A stretch of DNA of 64,000 nt from Auanema rhodensis (lineage: Eukaryota; Animalia; Nematoda). The DNA lies in assembly GCA_964057225.1 (NCBI GenBank), contig OZ059897.1, forward strand, positions 5,394,001-5,458,000, written 5' to 3'. Shown in pieces: positions 1 through 14,345 of the stretch (position 1 is its first letter; the number at the start of each line of letters is the position of its first letter). The notes under the pieces are model-generated. The model was not told where the DNA came from, did no database searches, and worked only from the letters and a program-made list of their open reading frames with translations. The position numbers and the translations under genes were made by a program.

Positions 1-1666
1 ATGATCTCGTTTTTTTTTGTTTTCAAATATTTTATTGAATAAGATATTTTGATCCTTTATCAGATAGACTAGACATAGTTTGTAAAGTCTAGCTAAAGAG
101 TCGATTCGTTTAGTGAATTCATTCTTCTTTTTCTCCTTATAGCAAAAATTGTTTCTGTAAGAGTTGGCTAAGCTCTTATATATTCTTTTGAACGTACTGT
201 TATCAGAATTCTTGCTATTCTGATGTTCTATCAGCGGGCAAATATTTCGGTTCAAAAACCTTGTTGCTCTTCCACTTTTTTTCAGTGCGATTCTGCTATT
301 ACACGAGTACTTTTTTTTTCTTTGTTTTTTGAATCTGAATTTTTTTTTCAAACAAATATATTCATATATATTATTTTATAAGATGATTATTTGATTTTTA
401 AAATCCATATACAGCCTATATCGGTGAAAAAAATACATTTACTGTATGTACATGATTAATTGTGATTTTACTATACCGCTGTTGTCTCTCTGTTTCCAGA
501 TATGATAATAGAAATTTGAAGAATATGTATGGTTCCCTGTATTTTATTAATTTTCTTAAAGTTCATTTGAAATTAAATTTTTTTCATAAACGGAGATAGA
601 AGTTATTGTTTCGGCGTTTATATGTATTTCTTTGAATGAGCATTTTTTGAAAAGAACACCAGAATGGCCTTCATTGGCCTCAATATTTCATAACAGATTT
701 CGTACAATTAACCAATATTATTAAAAATATGTAAATAAACAATGATCAATTTATACAAAAAATATTCCAAAGATAGAACATTGAAATGTTACAAGCATAA
801 CACACTTACATTCATTTTTTAAAATAATTTATATTCATATGAATAGAACAAGCATGAAAGTTAATAATAATTTGAATATTTTATAAATAAAATATAAAAA
901 CACAATTCAATACAACTGTTAATGTTTTAAAATCTGAATAGTCTGACACAAGTAGTTTGTCCTTCTGATTCTTTCAACTCAATCAGATTATATGATACAG
1001 AGAAAATCCAAGAAAACTTCCATAAGCAATAAAGTAAATTTTCACACAACGTTTCTTTTCTTTGATTCTTAATTCATTCAGACAATGTTTGTTATCCTTG
1101 ATGATTTACTAGAAAAACTAGTACACAATCGGCTGTTGAATGAAATCTCATTTACATATGCCGTTGGTTAAATAGTGCCGCTGTTTCTGGATAACGGGTT
1201 AGGCCGGATCATATGAGCCTTCCAGTTTGAGAAAAGTTTTTCAGTTTGACTGCCACAGCGGGTCAATTTATTACAGTTCTAAAGGTCTTTTGGTAAATGA
1301 GACTAGGAGATAGGATTAACAAGTATTACGTGTGGCTAACCGGTACGATTTACCCCCTCAGGGCAATACCGCCTTTATGACAAAAACGGTAATAGTATGA
1401 AATTGAAAAGTACAATGTGGGGAGGAGTTGAAAGAAAAGAATAAAAAACGGAAAAAGACAACGAATAGAGAAGAGACGAAGAAGATGATCCGCCCACTGT
1501 TTCGTATGTGGCAGCTCAATTCTGCATTTTCTTTTTCTCTCTCTTGTATTAATTCGCTACCTCGCCGACTTCTATATATATATATATATATAATTGATAT
1601 TTTTAAAATTAAGAGTTTATAAGCTGAAATATAGAATTGATTATGCATTATATTTCTTCGTATATA

Positions 1667-4600
1667 ATGATATTTTGGATTTATTTGTTTATTGATACTG
1701 TATATGGCCAATTTGGTATTACTTACAGAGAACCTAGATTGGTATGTTTTAAAAATATAAATTTTCTTATTTTGATTTAATTATTTTAAAAAAATATATG
1801 AATATAGGAATGTTCTGCGGATGGTATAAAGCTACATATTGAGCCATTGGGATTATTTACTGGACATATATATGTTAAAGGCTATTTCCAATCTCGGTAA
1901 TTATTATTTTAGATATTTAGATATTAAATATTTTAATTATATTTGACTGAACTCTTATAGATCATGTCATCTGGATTATAGTCATCAACGATTATCCAGT
2001 CCATTTACTATGGATATTCCGTATAGAGGCGATTGTAATGTTCGCCGTCATCATTCGGTTAGCTTCAAATTTTAGATATTTTATGTCAACTTAATGTTCA
2101 TCCTTCTTCATAATTGGTATGAATCTACCGAAATAATCATAAAATGATCTTGTTTTGATCATCTTTTCAAAATTTTATTTGTATTCTACATCAAGACAAT
2201 GATCACCTACATATGTGTGAGATTTCTTAAGTAATATTTGAATATATGTTGATTGGTGCTTTATCGGAGACCTTTCAAATATAGAAAACCTTTAGCAAAA
2301 AAAACTTCTATTCAGTTTTTCTGTTAAATATAAATATCCGAAAACGTTGAGTAATGTTTGTTCATTTCCTACTTTTACTAAATCGAAGGACGAAGAAGAT
2401 GAAGGATGAGGAAGAGAGAAAGAGCTAAATCTTGGGTTCGACTCATTGTCTCCCAGCGTTCCGACAATGGCATTGCAACATTAACCGGTCCACACTAGCA
2501 GTTAGACGAAGCTTGAAGTTGCAAGTGTCGGTTTGTATCTGTCTCCTCATGCAACAAGTGATTTGGCTTGTCTGTCGTTTTCGTGGATTAGTCTTCACGA
2601 ACAAAAGCGGATTGTTTTCTTTTTTTTTCAACGTATTTTATTTTACTATACTATATATTCTCTTCCTGTTCCTTTTCTGTAAAACTGTTCCTGTTCGTCA
2701 TCTTTGAGCTTTGAATATCATACTCTAGTATTACTATACAGGTTTCTCTTTCAATCTTGCTTACTAGCTCGAAGAAAAACTTCATGTAGTAACGACTTAA
2801 GCAGAACATTGAGTGAAAATCCGCTTTCAATTTCGAACTAAACATCAAATAGTTTTTGCCATTTGAAAATTGAATGAAGTTAACGAATTGTTTTAGACAC
2901 ATCCAACCACAGTTTCCTATGAAACAACTGTGATAATACAACACCATCCAATGTTTATAACTGCTGGAGATAGGGCATACAGACTAAACTGCATATACCG
3001 ACAGCTTGATAGCACGGTGACTCAACGATTAAACATCAAGTAAGATACTGTCTTACGTTAAAATAAGATAAAATTCCACATAAAAATACTTTTCTCCATC
3101 ATTATTTTCCTTTATCAGGATTTTTCATTGAGAAGTGTATTATCTAACAGGAAAGTAGGAAATTTTTCCATTTGTCTGAAAGTGATAACATCACAGATAA
3201 AATGATAACTTAATAGTATTATATTATGATGATTATTCAAAGAAAAACGAATCATATTTAGATAAAGAATATTAAAAATAAAAAATCATCATTTTACTAA
3301 TTTAGTGAGTTACGTGAAGAAGATGTTGAGAATTATACGAAACCTAGTTGTTCATATGATGTAACAACATCAGATGGAAATCGTATACGGTATGCAAATG
3401 TTGGAGAACAAATTATTCATACATGGCGTTGTGATACTCGTAAGATAAATGATACAGTAGTTTATATATCTTCATTCATTAAGCTTATCACGGGTTTTTG
3501 GTTCATAGCTGTACAGTACGAAATGATGTTGGAGAAGAATATAAGATGGTTGATGAAAGAGGGTTAGATAAACTTCGTTCAAATACAAAACTATTTGGAA
3601 CATTTACAGATGCTCTACTGATCTCAGTTTAATACCACAGTTAATATATTCTGTTGATTTAAGTACAGTATCAGCAACTATGAGAGCATTCAGATTTGCT
3701 GATCAAGTAAATATTGGTTTTGTTTTTCCATTTTCAAATTATCATTCAGATGATGGTGCATTTCTCATGTCAGTTAACATTGTGTAGAAAGGAAGAAGAT
3801 GGATGTGAAGGACTAGCAGTAATCGGAATATTCTATTTACCTCTTATAACAAAGTTAACTTATTCAGCCTCCTACATGCCAGCCAATACATTTTGGAGAA
3901 ATACAAACAACTTATAAATCTAATAACAAAACAGAAAACTCGGTCTTGTCGGAAAAACAACCTACAATATCAAAATCATCGTCTGAACTACCTTCTGAGT
4001 TGAGGCCGGAAGTTTTAGAAACTGAAACCAAACCACCTAGTGAACTTGAGGTACAGATCTCATTCACAACCACAAAATGTATTTTCTATAGACTCTATCG
4101 GAATCAGTAGCACAGTTTGCTGATCCAGAAGAAGTTAAAGCCGAGGACAGCGAGCTTGGTTTTGATGAGAATAAAACTTCTGACTCGAAAAAACTGGGCT
4201 CTACAGTGCCAAGTACTCTGTATACTGACAAAGAAAATGGTCTGGGTACTCGTAAACTTCAACAGGGCTCATCTAAATGGTTGAATGGAGATGAGTACGA
4301 AGGTGTTTCATCAGAAGAAGAATATGGACTCGAAATTGTTGATGTTGGGCAAGGTTTGTTTCAATTTTGCATATGGTATTACGAATACTTTTTTATTTTT
4401 TTAAGAAACAACCGTAACGGCAGAAAAAGCTCATCGATCATGGCTTGACAATGATCAATCTGACGACGATGCATCTGGTTACCGAACTCGTTCATTGTCA
4501 TCAGCAGTTGAAGTACCTGCTGCTTTGAAAGTCGTTGAAGAATCAGATGGATTACCTGAACCTGATGAAGCAGATACCTTTTTTGCTCGTCGTCATCCTC

Positions 4601-5201
4601 GTAGCCACGATTCTATGAGAAAACCAGTCAACTCCCAAGATAATGATGAACGAGCGAACATAACTATGGAAGTTGATGGTGGTGAGGTGGGTGTGTGCGA
4701 TGATAAGTTGAAATAATCTATCAAACCATAAAAATAAAAAACGGAAATAATGATGATAATTCGTTATAACACTTTTGTATTCGCTATCTGATTGCTCAAA
4801 CTTTATACAATGAAATCAAACTGTGAAATTCAAGTTAGAAACTTGTTATATTGAATACTAAAATTGAATTTGAGTGCACCTAGAGCAGATCAAACATTAT
4901 TTTTAGATTATAATCTTGGCCTCAGATAACGGCCCAATAGGTAACGTGATGAATGATGAGGTCCCTAGAATAGCAGCACAGATATCGAACCAAAATATTC
5001 AGATCATTGGAATCTGTTCATCAATTGCTCTACAAGTATGTTTTAAGAATATGAGCCAGAGAGACAATTACATAACAAAAGATGAAAAACCAGTAAGAAA
5101 TGCTTCTTCAGATTACTCTTGTTTCTGTGATTTTTATCCAGCGATACTATTTTCGACAACGAATACAACATATGAAACAAGAAGAAAGATCTATGTATTA
5201 A
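1667..5201 (+). CDS. Cuticlin / ZP-domain cuticle protein (multi-exon; signal peptide, ZP domain, long acidic linker, C-terminal TM)
   Basis: Spliced translation MIFWIYLFIDTVYGQFG..EPRL|ECSADGIKLHIEPLGLFTGHIYVKG..CNVRR..YETTVIIQHHPMFITAGDRAYRLNCIY..PSCSYDV..YANVGEQIIHTWRC..FLVHSC..VDERG|CSTD..AFRFADQ|MMVHFSCQLTLCRKEEDGCEG has the typical nematode cuticlin ZP cysteine pattern. Basic RRHPR site before the TM (IIGICSSIALQ|ITLVSVIFI); stop TAA 5199-5201. An in-frame ATG at 1643 is an alternative start. Confidence 0.9.
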
Positions 5202-5286
5202 ATACTCAAATTCTTTATAAACGGGCAAGAGAATATACTTTTTTTTTCAATATATACTTAATATTCATTATTATATATAGTTTTGT

Positions 5287-5320
<34 letters not shown>

Positions 5321-5573
5321 TAAATTATTTGAATTTTTTTTAAAAAATAACACAAAGCAAACAAAAGAATAAAATTTTGGTTTCAAATGAACTAAATTTA
5401 TTATCCCATTTTATGATTTAATTGAATGACATCATTGTAAGTCTTAGAAGAAAATTGTTATCTTGTTGAATAAAATATTCTTCTAATAAAAGTTCGATAC
5501 ACTCGTATTATATCAGCATCGATGAATATAAATATGAAAGTCAAGATAGCAAGTAGCCATAGAAGAGACAGCT

Positions 5574-7306
5574 ATGTTCATTCTATACTTGGTTTCACTT
5601 ATAGGTATTGCTATATCTGTTACTATTCGTTTATTTTACTTTATAATTTAGCTTTTGCTTCTGCTATACCTTGCCCTGATGGCTATTTTAATGGCGTAGA
5701 TGATGCTTGTTATGCGGTAATTCTACTATATCTTCTGTATTTCTTTAAAACATTTTACTATTAGATTCGTCTCGCATCTGTCAATCGTTATGAAGCCAAA
5801 AGACGATGCATTGCTGAAGGTGGAGATCTTGCTCCCATGAAAAATGCTTTTGTAACTTCAACTTATATTTCTCCAATGTTTAATGTATAAAACTTATAGG
5901 TTAACTCGCAGGTTGCAAAACTTATTGCATCTGGAGTGTATGTCTGGATTGGAAACTTTTTCAGTTCTGAAGGAACTTGTTTTTCAGAGAACGGCAATGT
6001 ATCTACATATAGTAATGTCTATCCAGGTAATATTAAATATTTATTTGTGAAGAATCATAATAATATTGTAAGGATCATATGGATATGATGTATTCGCAAC
6101 TCTTAGTGGCTTTAATGGTTTTTGGTATTTAAATAATAATGGATTTAAGAATATTGATGGATATGTTTGCCAAATTATTCCAATGAGTAAGTATAAAAAT
6201 GAAAATATAAAACATAATTTGAATTTCTTAAGATAACCTTTGCCCCAACAATTTCTATCAGTCTGGGGACAGTTGCTTCAGTGTTGTTGCTAATCCAATC
6301 ACTTGGCCACAAGCTCAAGAATTTTGTGGGTTCTTCAATGCTGAATTGGCTTCCATTACATCTGAAATTGTATGATCTTTTCAAAAGAAATTCAAATATA
6401 TCATCACAACTAATTTGCAGCAAAACCGTTTTATCGTTGGATTGCTTAGAAACAAGGGATTCAATAACACTTATGCTTCTATTGGATTATCTAAAGGAAA
6501 TAATGATTCTACCCAATTTGAATGGCTTGATGGCACTTCTGTTTCATATCTCAACTTCAGTAAACATATTATCTTAATATTCTAATAATTATGGCTTATT
6601 AGACCCCTCTTTACCTCAGTTTGGTGACTGTGTTGCTATGAGCGTCGGTGGCTCCCTGCTTGAATCTGGAACATGGGTGAGCACCCAATGCAGCATTCCA
6701 AACAGTGCAGCAATCTGTAGCACAAGTACGGTCACAAAGAAAAAGTTTTAATGGAATATCTTTCATTTAGAAATTGCCCTTCCTCCACGTCGACAAGAAA
6801 TAAATTATCCTGGATATCTTCCTGATGTCTGCCGTGAATCCTTCTATGTTCAGTCTCCCTTCATTAATGAATCAAGCTCATATGTACGTTTCTTGATCAT
6901 ATTATTATTGCTCGAACAAACATTTGTGTTTCAGCTCTATTCTCCATTCTATGAAAAAACTGGAGCTTCAAGCTCATCGGTACAAGATTTGACTCCAAAT
7001 CATTGCGTAGTCATCTATCATTTTGACTCGCCACGATCAATAAATGTTGATTTCCAAACTCTTACATTCAGTGGAAACCAAACCTATATTGAGCTTTCGG
7101 GAAGTCTTCAAGCTTCCGTTAATGACATATACAGGTAATTATTTAAACTAAATTTTTATGAAATAATCCGTTCGTATAGAATCGAATATAACGATGTTCA
7201 AAATCCATCCAAACATTTCATGTGGAATTTGAAGAGTAATACCCTGATTTTCAAATTCCATTCTGAGTCCGGAAACTATAGATTCAAAGTTCAGGTTCAC
7301 AGTTAA
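5574..7306 (+). CDS. Secreted C-type lectin: two CTLDs plus a C-terminal CUB-like domain
   Basis: Spliced: MFILYLVSLIAFASAIPCPDGY..ACY..EAKRRCIAEGGDLA..VWIG..YVCQ; second CTLD CPNNF..SCF..TWPQAQEFCGFFNAELASITSE..ASIGL..FEWLDGTSVSYLNF..DCVAM..GTWVSTQC..AIC; then LYSPFY..HCVVIYHF..INVDFQTL..YIEL..SNTLIFKFHSE..FKVQVHS* (CUB-like). Confidence 0.85.
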
Positions 7307-7722
7307 ATTGTACATGAGATTTATGTAAAAATATGAAGAAAATAAATATTATTAATAATTATATTCATATTGTATTAACAAATAATATTAGATGCATTAT
7401 AAGGTTTTTTGATAACAACTTGCTCTCTTTCTTTATATTTTAAAAATTACATTTATTCATAAAATTCTTCAAAGCATTGAATGTGAAGGTGTTGTCCAGT
7501 AAGCAGATAGCATGGCTTGTGAACAAGAGGTCAAAGAAATACTCGCTCAATAACTCATATTGATGTATATCAGGAAAGATGGCTTGTAAACGATAACCTT
7601 GTGCATGTCTCTCTCTCTCTCTCTCTGAGAATCCTCATAAATCCAATTTAAGGCGGTACGTTATCTATTTTCTATAATCTTACTGTTAGTTGACCAACAA
7701 TTGTATCCTTCATTTGACTCAT

Positions 7723-10423
7723 ATGTTAATCTTAACAAGGTGGATTGTCTTTTTCTCTAGCCTTTGCTATGTGCAATCGGTAAGTATAGTATACTATACA
7801 TTATACTTTATTTACTATTTATAATTAAATTTTTATAATTTTAGCTTCCCAAAAATGCAGCCTATCGGTTGGTGGGAAAAAGGGTTGAAAACCCTGATAA
7901 CCAGCTAGAGCATTTTCTAAAAAATATGGAAGAACTTAATAGATTGCAAGCTGAAATTTTTGGAGTATCGGTTAGTATTCTTACAATTTATTTTATTCAG
8001 AATTCGCTTAGTTGTCTTCCTACAGCACCAAATATTTTAAGGCTGACACAGGAAGTAGCTCACTGGCAGCGGATGATACTACAGAATACCGACCAGAAAA
8101 ATTGCCATTTCTATTTGAAGGAGATATATTCTTAACTGATGAACAGTTTAAAATTATTTTGAGGTACAAAAATAATATAATCTTTGTAAATCATTGATAT
8201 ACTATTGTAGCGATGCTGCAAATTTATTGCGAATAAAGAAGGGATTGAAACCTCGTCGACCAAGATCCATGACATCATCTTTAGCTGTTCGATGGATGAA
8301 AATGCCAATTCCATACTATATAAACAGAAATACAGGAGGTTTGAAGCACATTTTCTAGATATTTTTTAATTTAATACCTATAGTGAATGAAAATGCTGTT
8401 CTCGCGGGTATTACTAAGTGGGAATCAGATACTTGCTTAAAGTTCCAACGGTCAAACACATATCCAACAGTTGATTCATTAGTATTCATTGGAGGAACAG
8501 CGTATGTTTTGAATTATTTTATAAATAATCAAAATATTACATATTAGCTATGTATTTAATGATCTATTTTCAGATGTTGGTCATATATTGGACGCCGTGG
8601 AGTTGGTCCTCAAGAAATTATGATTGGAAATGGTTGTACTAGCTTAGGAACAGTCACCCATGAAATAGGTGTCGTTTATTCATCATAAATTCAGTTTCCA
8701 TTAAATCATTGTATAGGACATGCCTTGGGATTATACCATGAGCAAGCTCGCTACGATCGTGATAGCTATGTTGCTTTATATACCCAAAACATTCAACCAA
8801 GTCAACTAAGTCAGTTCTCTAAACAAAGTCGAGCATCACTAGTCGATTACGGAATACCTTATGATTACGGATCAGTTATGCACTATGATCAAACTGTAAA
8901 AATTTTATTTTTTAAAAACTACTATTATATTCGAATTTCAGAGTTTCACTGCTAACGGTGGTTTAACAATAGAAACAAAGGATGATAATTATCAGGTCCA
9001 TCATCATCAATTTATTTTATTTAAACAAATAATTAATTTTAGAGTACAATTGGTCAACGTCTTGGTCCAGCATTTGATGATATTAAGAAAATTAATTTTG
9101 CTTACTGCAATCGTTAGAGTTGTTTTCAGTGTTCTCATATTCTATTTAAATATTTAGATACATGCTCTGCTCTTCTTCCTTGTGCTAATGGTGGATATAC
9201 TGATCCTAAGGTTTATCCACATTCGACGTGAACAGTTTGGTTATAATCTGTTTTTTTAGGATTGTTCCATTTGCCGTTGTCCCGATGGATTAGCTGGGCG
9301 TCTGTGCGATGAAGCACCAAAGAATCCTCCAGTTTGCGGTTCTGCAGATATCCAAGCTGGCATCACAATCAAAAATCTGACAATGGTCGGTGGTGGCAAT
9401 TGTGCATATTTGATAACCGTAAGCTAATGAAAAATCTTTTGCTTTGTAAAAGAATATTCAGGCTCCTGTTGGACGATATGTGTTTTTCCAAATCACTCAG
9501 TTCAGTTTTACTAGAACTAATCCTTGCTCAAGTAATTATTTGGAAATTAAATACAAGAAAGATTTTACAGTTGTTGGAGCTAGGTTGGAAATTAATTAAA
9601 TTTTGATTAAAACTTAGAATTAATTCAGATATTGTTTGAATTATCCAACAATTTCGAGATCGGAAACAAATCAATTAGTTGTTCTTTACAAGGGAGGAAT
9701 CAATACAAGATTTACATTGCAATATCGTTATGGTTAGAACTTTTTAAAACTTCAACTTGAACTTTATTTCATTAGATCCTGCTGTACCTGTTACCGTACC
9801 TACAACTACCACAACCACGACTACTACACCACCTCCCCCCACAACTACAGATTCTACAACCACAATGACAACAAGGTCTGGTGCAAGTTCAACTGAGGAA
9901 TCTACAACCTTATCATTAACCACTCATTCGTATGGCATTTATACTGTTTTCATAGTTCTAACACTTTCTTTTTTTGAAGACCAACCCTTCTTTCTACTTT
10001 CTTCCCTCATTCCACGGAAGAACCAACTTCCACAACTACATCACCATGCACAGCGTGGACCCAGTGTTCAGCGCTGTGTGGAGGTTGTGGAACTCGCAGC
10101 AGAAGGTAATGAATGCTCTTTAAACATATAAACTTTTTTTATTAAGATGTGGAGCCGATATTCAAACAATTTATTGTAATACTCAGCCTTGTCCAACAAG
10201 TCGACCATGTTGCCTTCCATTCTTTTACGGAGAAGGTTTCTGCTTCCGTCCATATCGATCAGCACCAATGGTTAAAGCGAAGAAATAATTTCTTTTCAAA
10301 CTTTAATTTAATATTTAGACGTCATATCAAGGAGATGAAGATAATTTGATTGTTATCAAAGAACAACATATTGAGAAAAGTGACCAATTACTTGAAGGAA
10401 GTGGAGAAGTATCCTTATATTAA
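7723..10423 (+). CDS. Astacin metalloprotease with EGF, CUB, Thr-rich linker and TSP1 (nematode subgroup V, NAS-33/HCH-1-like)
   Basis: Signal peptide; prodomain FEGDI and furin site RRPR; zinc motif HEI|[16 protein letters not shown] split by an intron; Met-turn YDYGSVMHY; [13 protein letters not shown]|[16 protein letters not shown]; CUB ending FTLQYRY; poly-Thr; TSP1 [22 protein letters not shown]. Confidence 0.93.
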
Positions 10424-10722
10424 AAACTTTATTGTTATGTTATCGTTAATTTAAAATAATAAAACTTAAATTTTTTCATAACAACGGTATAACAGCTATC
10501 TAATAGAAAAATTGATATTTCTATTATTTTTCATAATAAATTACAAGAATATATCCAAATATACAAATATTTGATCATTGAAACATGACTGAGAAAGAGC
10601 TAATTTTCAAATAAAGCTATAATAAAACTATTAAAAGCACACGGAATGTAATAGAATACAAGTTAACATAAAACAAAAATAATCTATAAAAACTTATTCT
10701 ATATCTTCTATAAGTTATCTGA

Positions 10723-12445
10723 TTAATTTAATGTTCCCATACAAGCCGAACGAGGATCATTTGTTGTATAGTTATTGCAACAATTTAAGAAATGTGTTAA
10801 ATGACAAGAAGTTGACTTCTTACATCCACGAATTGATGGCGTTAAATTAATTAGTTTTTCATCATTTGCTCCTCGTTTAAAGAAAACCTAAAAAGTAAAA
10901 CTTAAAAACCTTCCCCATCATGCACCTCCTTGAACAAACTTCAAGAAAATTATGAAACTGAATTGAGTTTAAAAAAAAAAACTAAGCTTAAGAACCTAAA
11001 AACTTCGTAAAGCTTATTCTCGCTTATTTCTATAATTTTTTAAAAAATATTTTGCAAACCTCCACTTCAGGTTTGTTTTCGTTGTCATATAATTCTATCA
11101 AAATCATTGAATTATAATTTGGAAATTCAGATCCAACAGCCATATCATGCGTGGTTTCACCCAAGATTTCTAATACTACAGAAAGAATCCAATCTTGCTG
11201 TAAACAAATATTCATTACTATGACTATATATTCTTTTGAATTTACCGTTGAATACGCGGAAAATTTCTGAGTTTTCATTAATTTTGAAGAGCAATTTGTA
11301 TCTGCATGACATCGCCATTTTGTAAGCATAGAAGTTAAGATAGTATGAACAAGATATCCAGCTTTCATTCTTAATAATCGAGGATTGTGATTTTCTCCAG
11401 CCCCAATAATGAATCGATAAACCTTAAAATTTATTAAATTTTTAAAATTATTACGTTGAATACCTTAGAATATAATATATACAGTTCTTTCTTGAAAGTT
11501 GGTTCCAATGTTGATTCAGATTTGTCCTAGAATTATATAATTATCAAAACGTGTTTAACTTCTGATTTTACCTCATTTATTAAAGCTTCTGCTTTGCGAA
11601 AGCTATCAGGTTCAGAAAAATAAATACTTCCATTTGATAGTTGTAAGCAATCAAAAACAAAATTTTCAAAGTCAGGCCACTATAATATAATTAATTTTAA
11701 TCATTTAATTAATATAAAATACAAAAACATACAGTTTTAAATGATGACAGTTCCGGAACATTGTTGCAATGTTGTCTCAGATAGTTTGGCTCTTCTTGAC
11801 ATTCAGTGAATGGATAATCAAGTAACTTCAAATTTTTTCATTTTTACTAAGAATCAAGGAACGAATAAAATAATTACCGTATCATTCTTTTCTTGGCTAT
11901 AAACGGGCACAAATATTCTTCGAAATGCTTTTTCTACATCGCTATCCGAATACATTGCTGTGGCTACAGCATTAGCAGTCATTAAACATCTGTTTATAGC
12001 TCGACTAAAGAAACGAACCTATAAAATATAAAATTTCAAATTAACAAACTGAAAAGTCTTTTCAAAAAAACTTTAAACAAACCTCATTAAGTTTAAAAGG
12101 CGAAGAGAGAAAGCCTGACTTCACATAACGGTCTTTTAAGAATTCTCCAAGCTGGTAGGAATCTTGAATGCCTTGCTAAAAACGTATAGTTCAGACTTTC
12201 AATAACAAAATTAACAGAAATTACCTCTGTCAGCTCTCCTAATCCATTTTGGAAAAGACGTTTCAATGAAGTATTTAGAAGCATTGCCGATGGTGCACGA
12301 GCGCCATGTCGAAATAACTATAAAAGAATAAGTTGTATAATATTTTCATAAAATCATATTAACAAACCACAGTGGAATGAATAAGATTACGCGCTTTGAT
12401 ATATTCGGAAAAACTTATAAAAATGAAACAAATCCATATTTTCAT
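10723..12445 (-). CDS. Histidine acid phosphatase (PHO/ACP family), secreted or lysosomal
   Basis: MKIWICFIFISFSEYIKARNLIHSTV|LFRHGARAP..FQNGLGELTE has the RHGxRxP motif; later RCLMTANAVATAMY and FPNYNSMILIELY. TTTCAG acceptor just upstream of the ATG. Confidence 0.88.
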
Positions 12446-14109
12446 TATAAATATCTGAAAAATAGATATATTATAGTATAGTAAACTATGACATGTGGCA
12501 AAATCAAGTTAAATAAATAAACATTTACTTGAGATTTGTTACTGAAAAGAGAGGAATGTGAAAGAAACATAAAGATACTAAAAGTCAAACATTCAAAGAA
12601 ACTACTAAGATTGATGAAAAGATGAACAAACTAACTTGTAGTAAATATAATATTCAGAGAGAGAGAGACAAAAGAATTATACAAGTGAAATATAGAGGTG
12701 GATGTTACAAGAAAAGCAAACTAACTGGGTAAGCTACTTGAGATGATTCTGAAAACTAGACAACATCTCTAAAGCAAAACAAGTTAGATTTCATCAATTG
12801 AAAATCAGAAGTTGCAAAGAGATAAACCAAATATCAAAGTTCTAGATTAAAAAGTGAAATTTATGAAGTAAAATCAAAAGTATATCACACGTCATCTAAA
12901 GTATGGTTGACAACATTTCACATGTAACTACCGTGAGTAATTAGAAAATGTTTCTTGACCTATAAAGGTGCTGAATACATGTCAATTTTGAAGATGAGAT
13001 GATGTTAATTGCTATAGATTAAGATGGCTTAAGACGGCAAAACATGAAAGATGGTATCCTGAGGTTATATTACCTGTGGCTATTATGACATTAGCAGCTG
13101 AAGTGGAAGTGCAAAGCAATTGTAATGAAAAGAGATAAGATATACGATGATTAAGAGTAGGAAGGAGAAGAATATGAAGAAAAAGAAAAAGAAGATGATG
13201 ATGATGGAGAAGCTCTTAGTCTCGTCTCGAACCCAATAGCCTCATAAATCTGTCACTGATCAATCTAGGTCTTCTTATCTGACATTTTACGGATATATGA
13301 CAAAATAAAAAAAAGAATTCGACACGATTACAAAAATATAACTAAAACAATCAATTGTTATAAATCCATAGATTTATATATATATATATATATATGTTCA
13401 ATAATATAAGTTGACGCTTCTTTCAATAGTCACATCTGAACGTAGACGTTCTGTTTATACTTCTCGCTTATCTAAAAAACATTTTATAAAGAATTTTTTG
13501 ATTTGTATCAAATCATCTAATTTTGAATAGAAGAAGTGTTTCAAACTTAAGATTGAATGTATCTTACTTATCTTATCGTAGAAAACACAAATCATCATGG
13601 CGTTTCACATTAATTCTCAAGAGAATCTGAAAAAATGTTTTGTTTTCGTCTTAATTGTCTAATTTTCTATTAAAATATTAATCGCTTTGCTAATTATTCT
13701 TGAATTTTATTTATGCGATTTGATCATTTCACTTTTCGGAAAACTCAATCTCGCTTTTAACTAATAGATGGATAGATAAATATTGAAGAATGTTTAAATG
13801 ATTTTAGAAATAATTAATAAAAAAAGGAAATATATTATAAAATTTAATTTTTATTTTCAAATATGTCATTAAAAAAAGAATCAATGTCAGATGTAAAACT
13901 TAAATGATATACTTGATAACAAGAAAGTTAGAGAAGAAGAATAAAAACCAATTGATTTTCAGTCTAACAGATGATTATCTGGATATTCTCCCATCAATTA
14001 TTTTGTGTATCATTTCAATTTTATTTCATTTATATTTCTTCATAAATCTTTTCAAATTTTCTTAAATATGTAGATAAATGTTTTTATAATAATGTATACA
14101 TGGTAATCA

Positions 14110-14113
<4 letters not shown>

Positions 14114-14192
<79 letters not shown>
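14114..14192. repeat. (CT)n microsatellite
   Basis: Near-perfect CT dinucleotide run. Confidence 0.9.
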
Positions 14193-14345
14193 ACATATAC
14201 AGATTATATGACTGATAGTTCTAGATAAAAAGATTTTTATATATATGTAGGTATAAATATCTAATTCTATGCAATTATTTATAATATTCTGAGAATTTAC
14301 TAACTTTTTTCAGCTGGAAATAAAATTAATCGCTGAGTGTTAATA

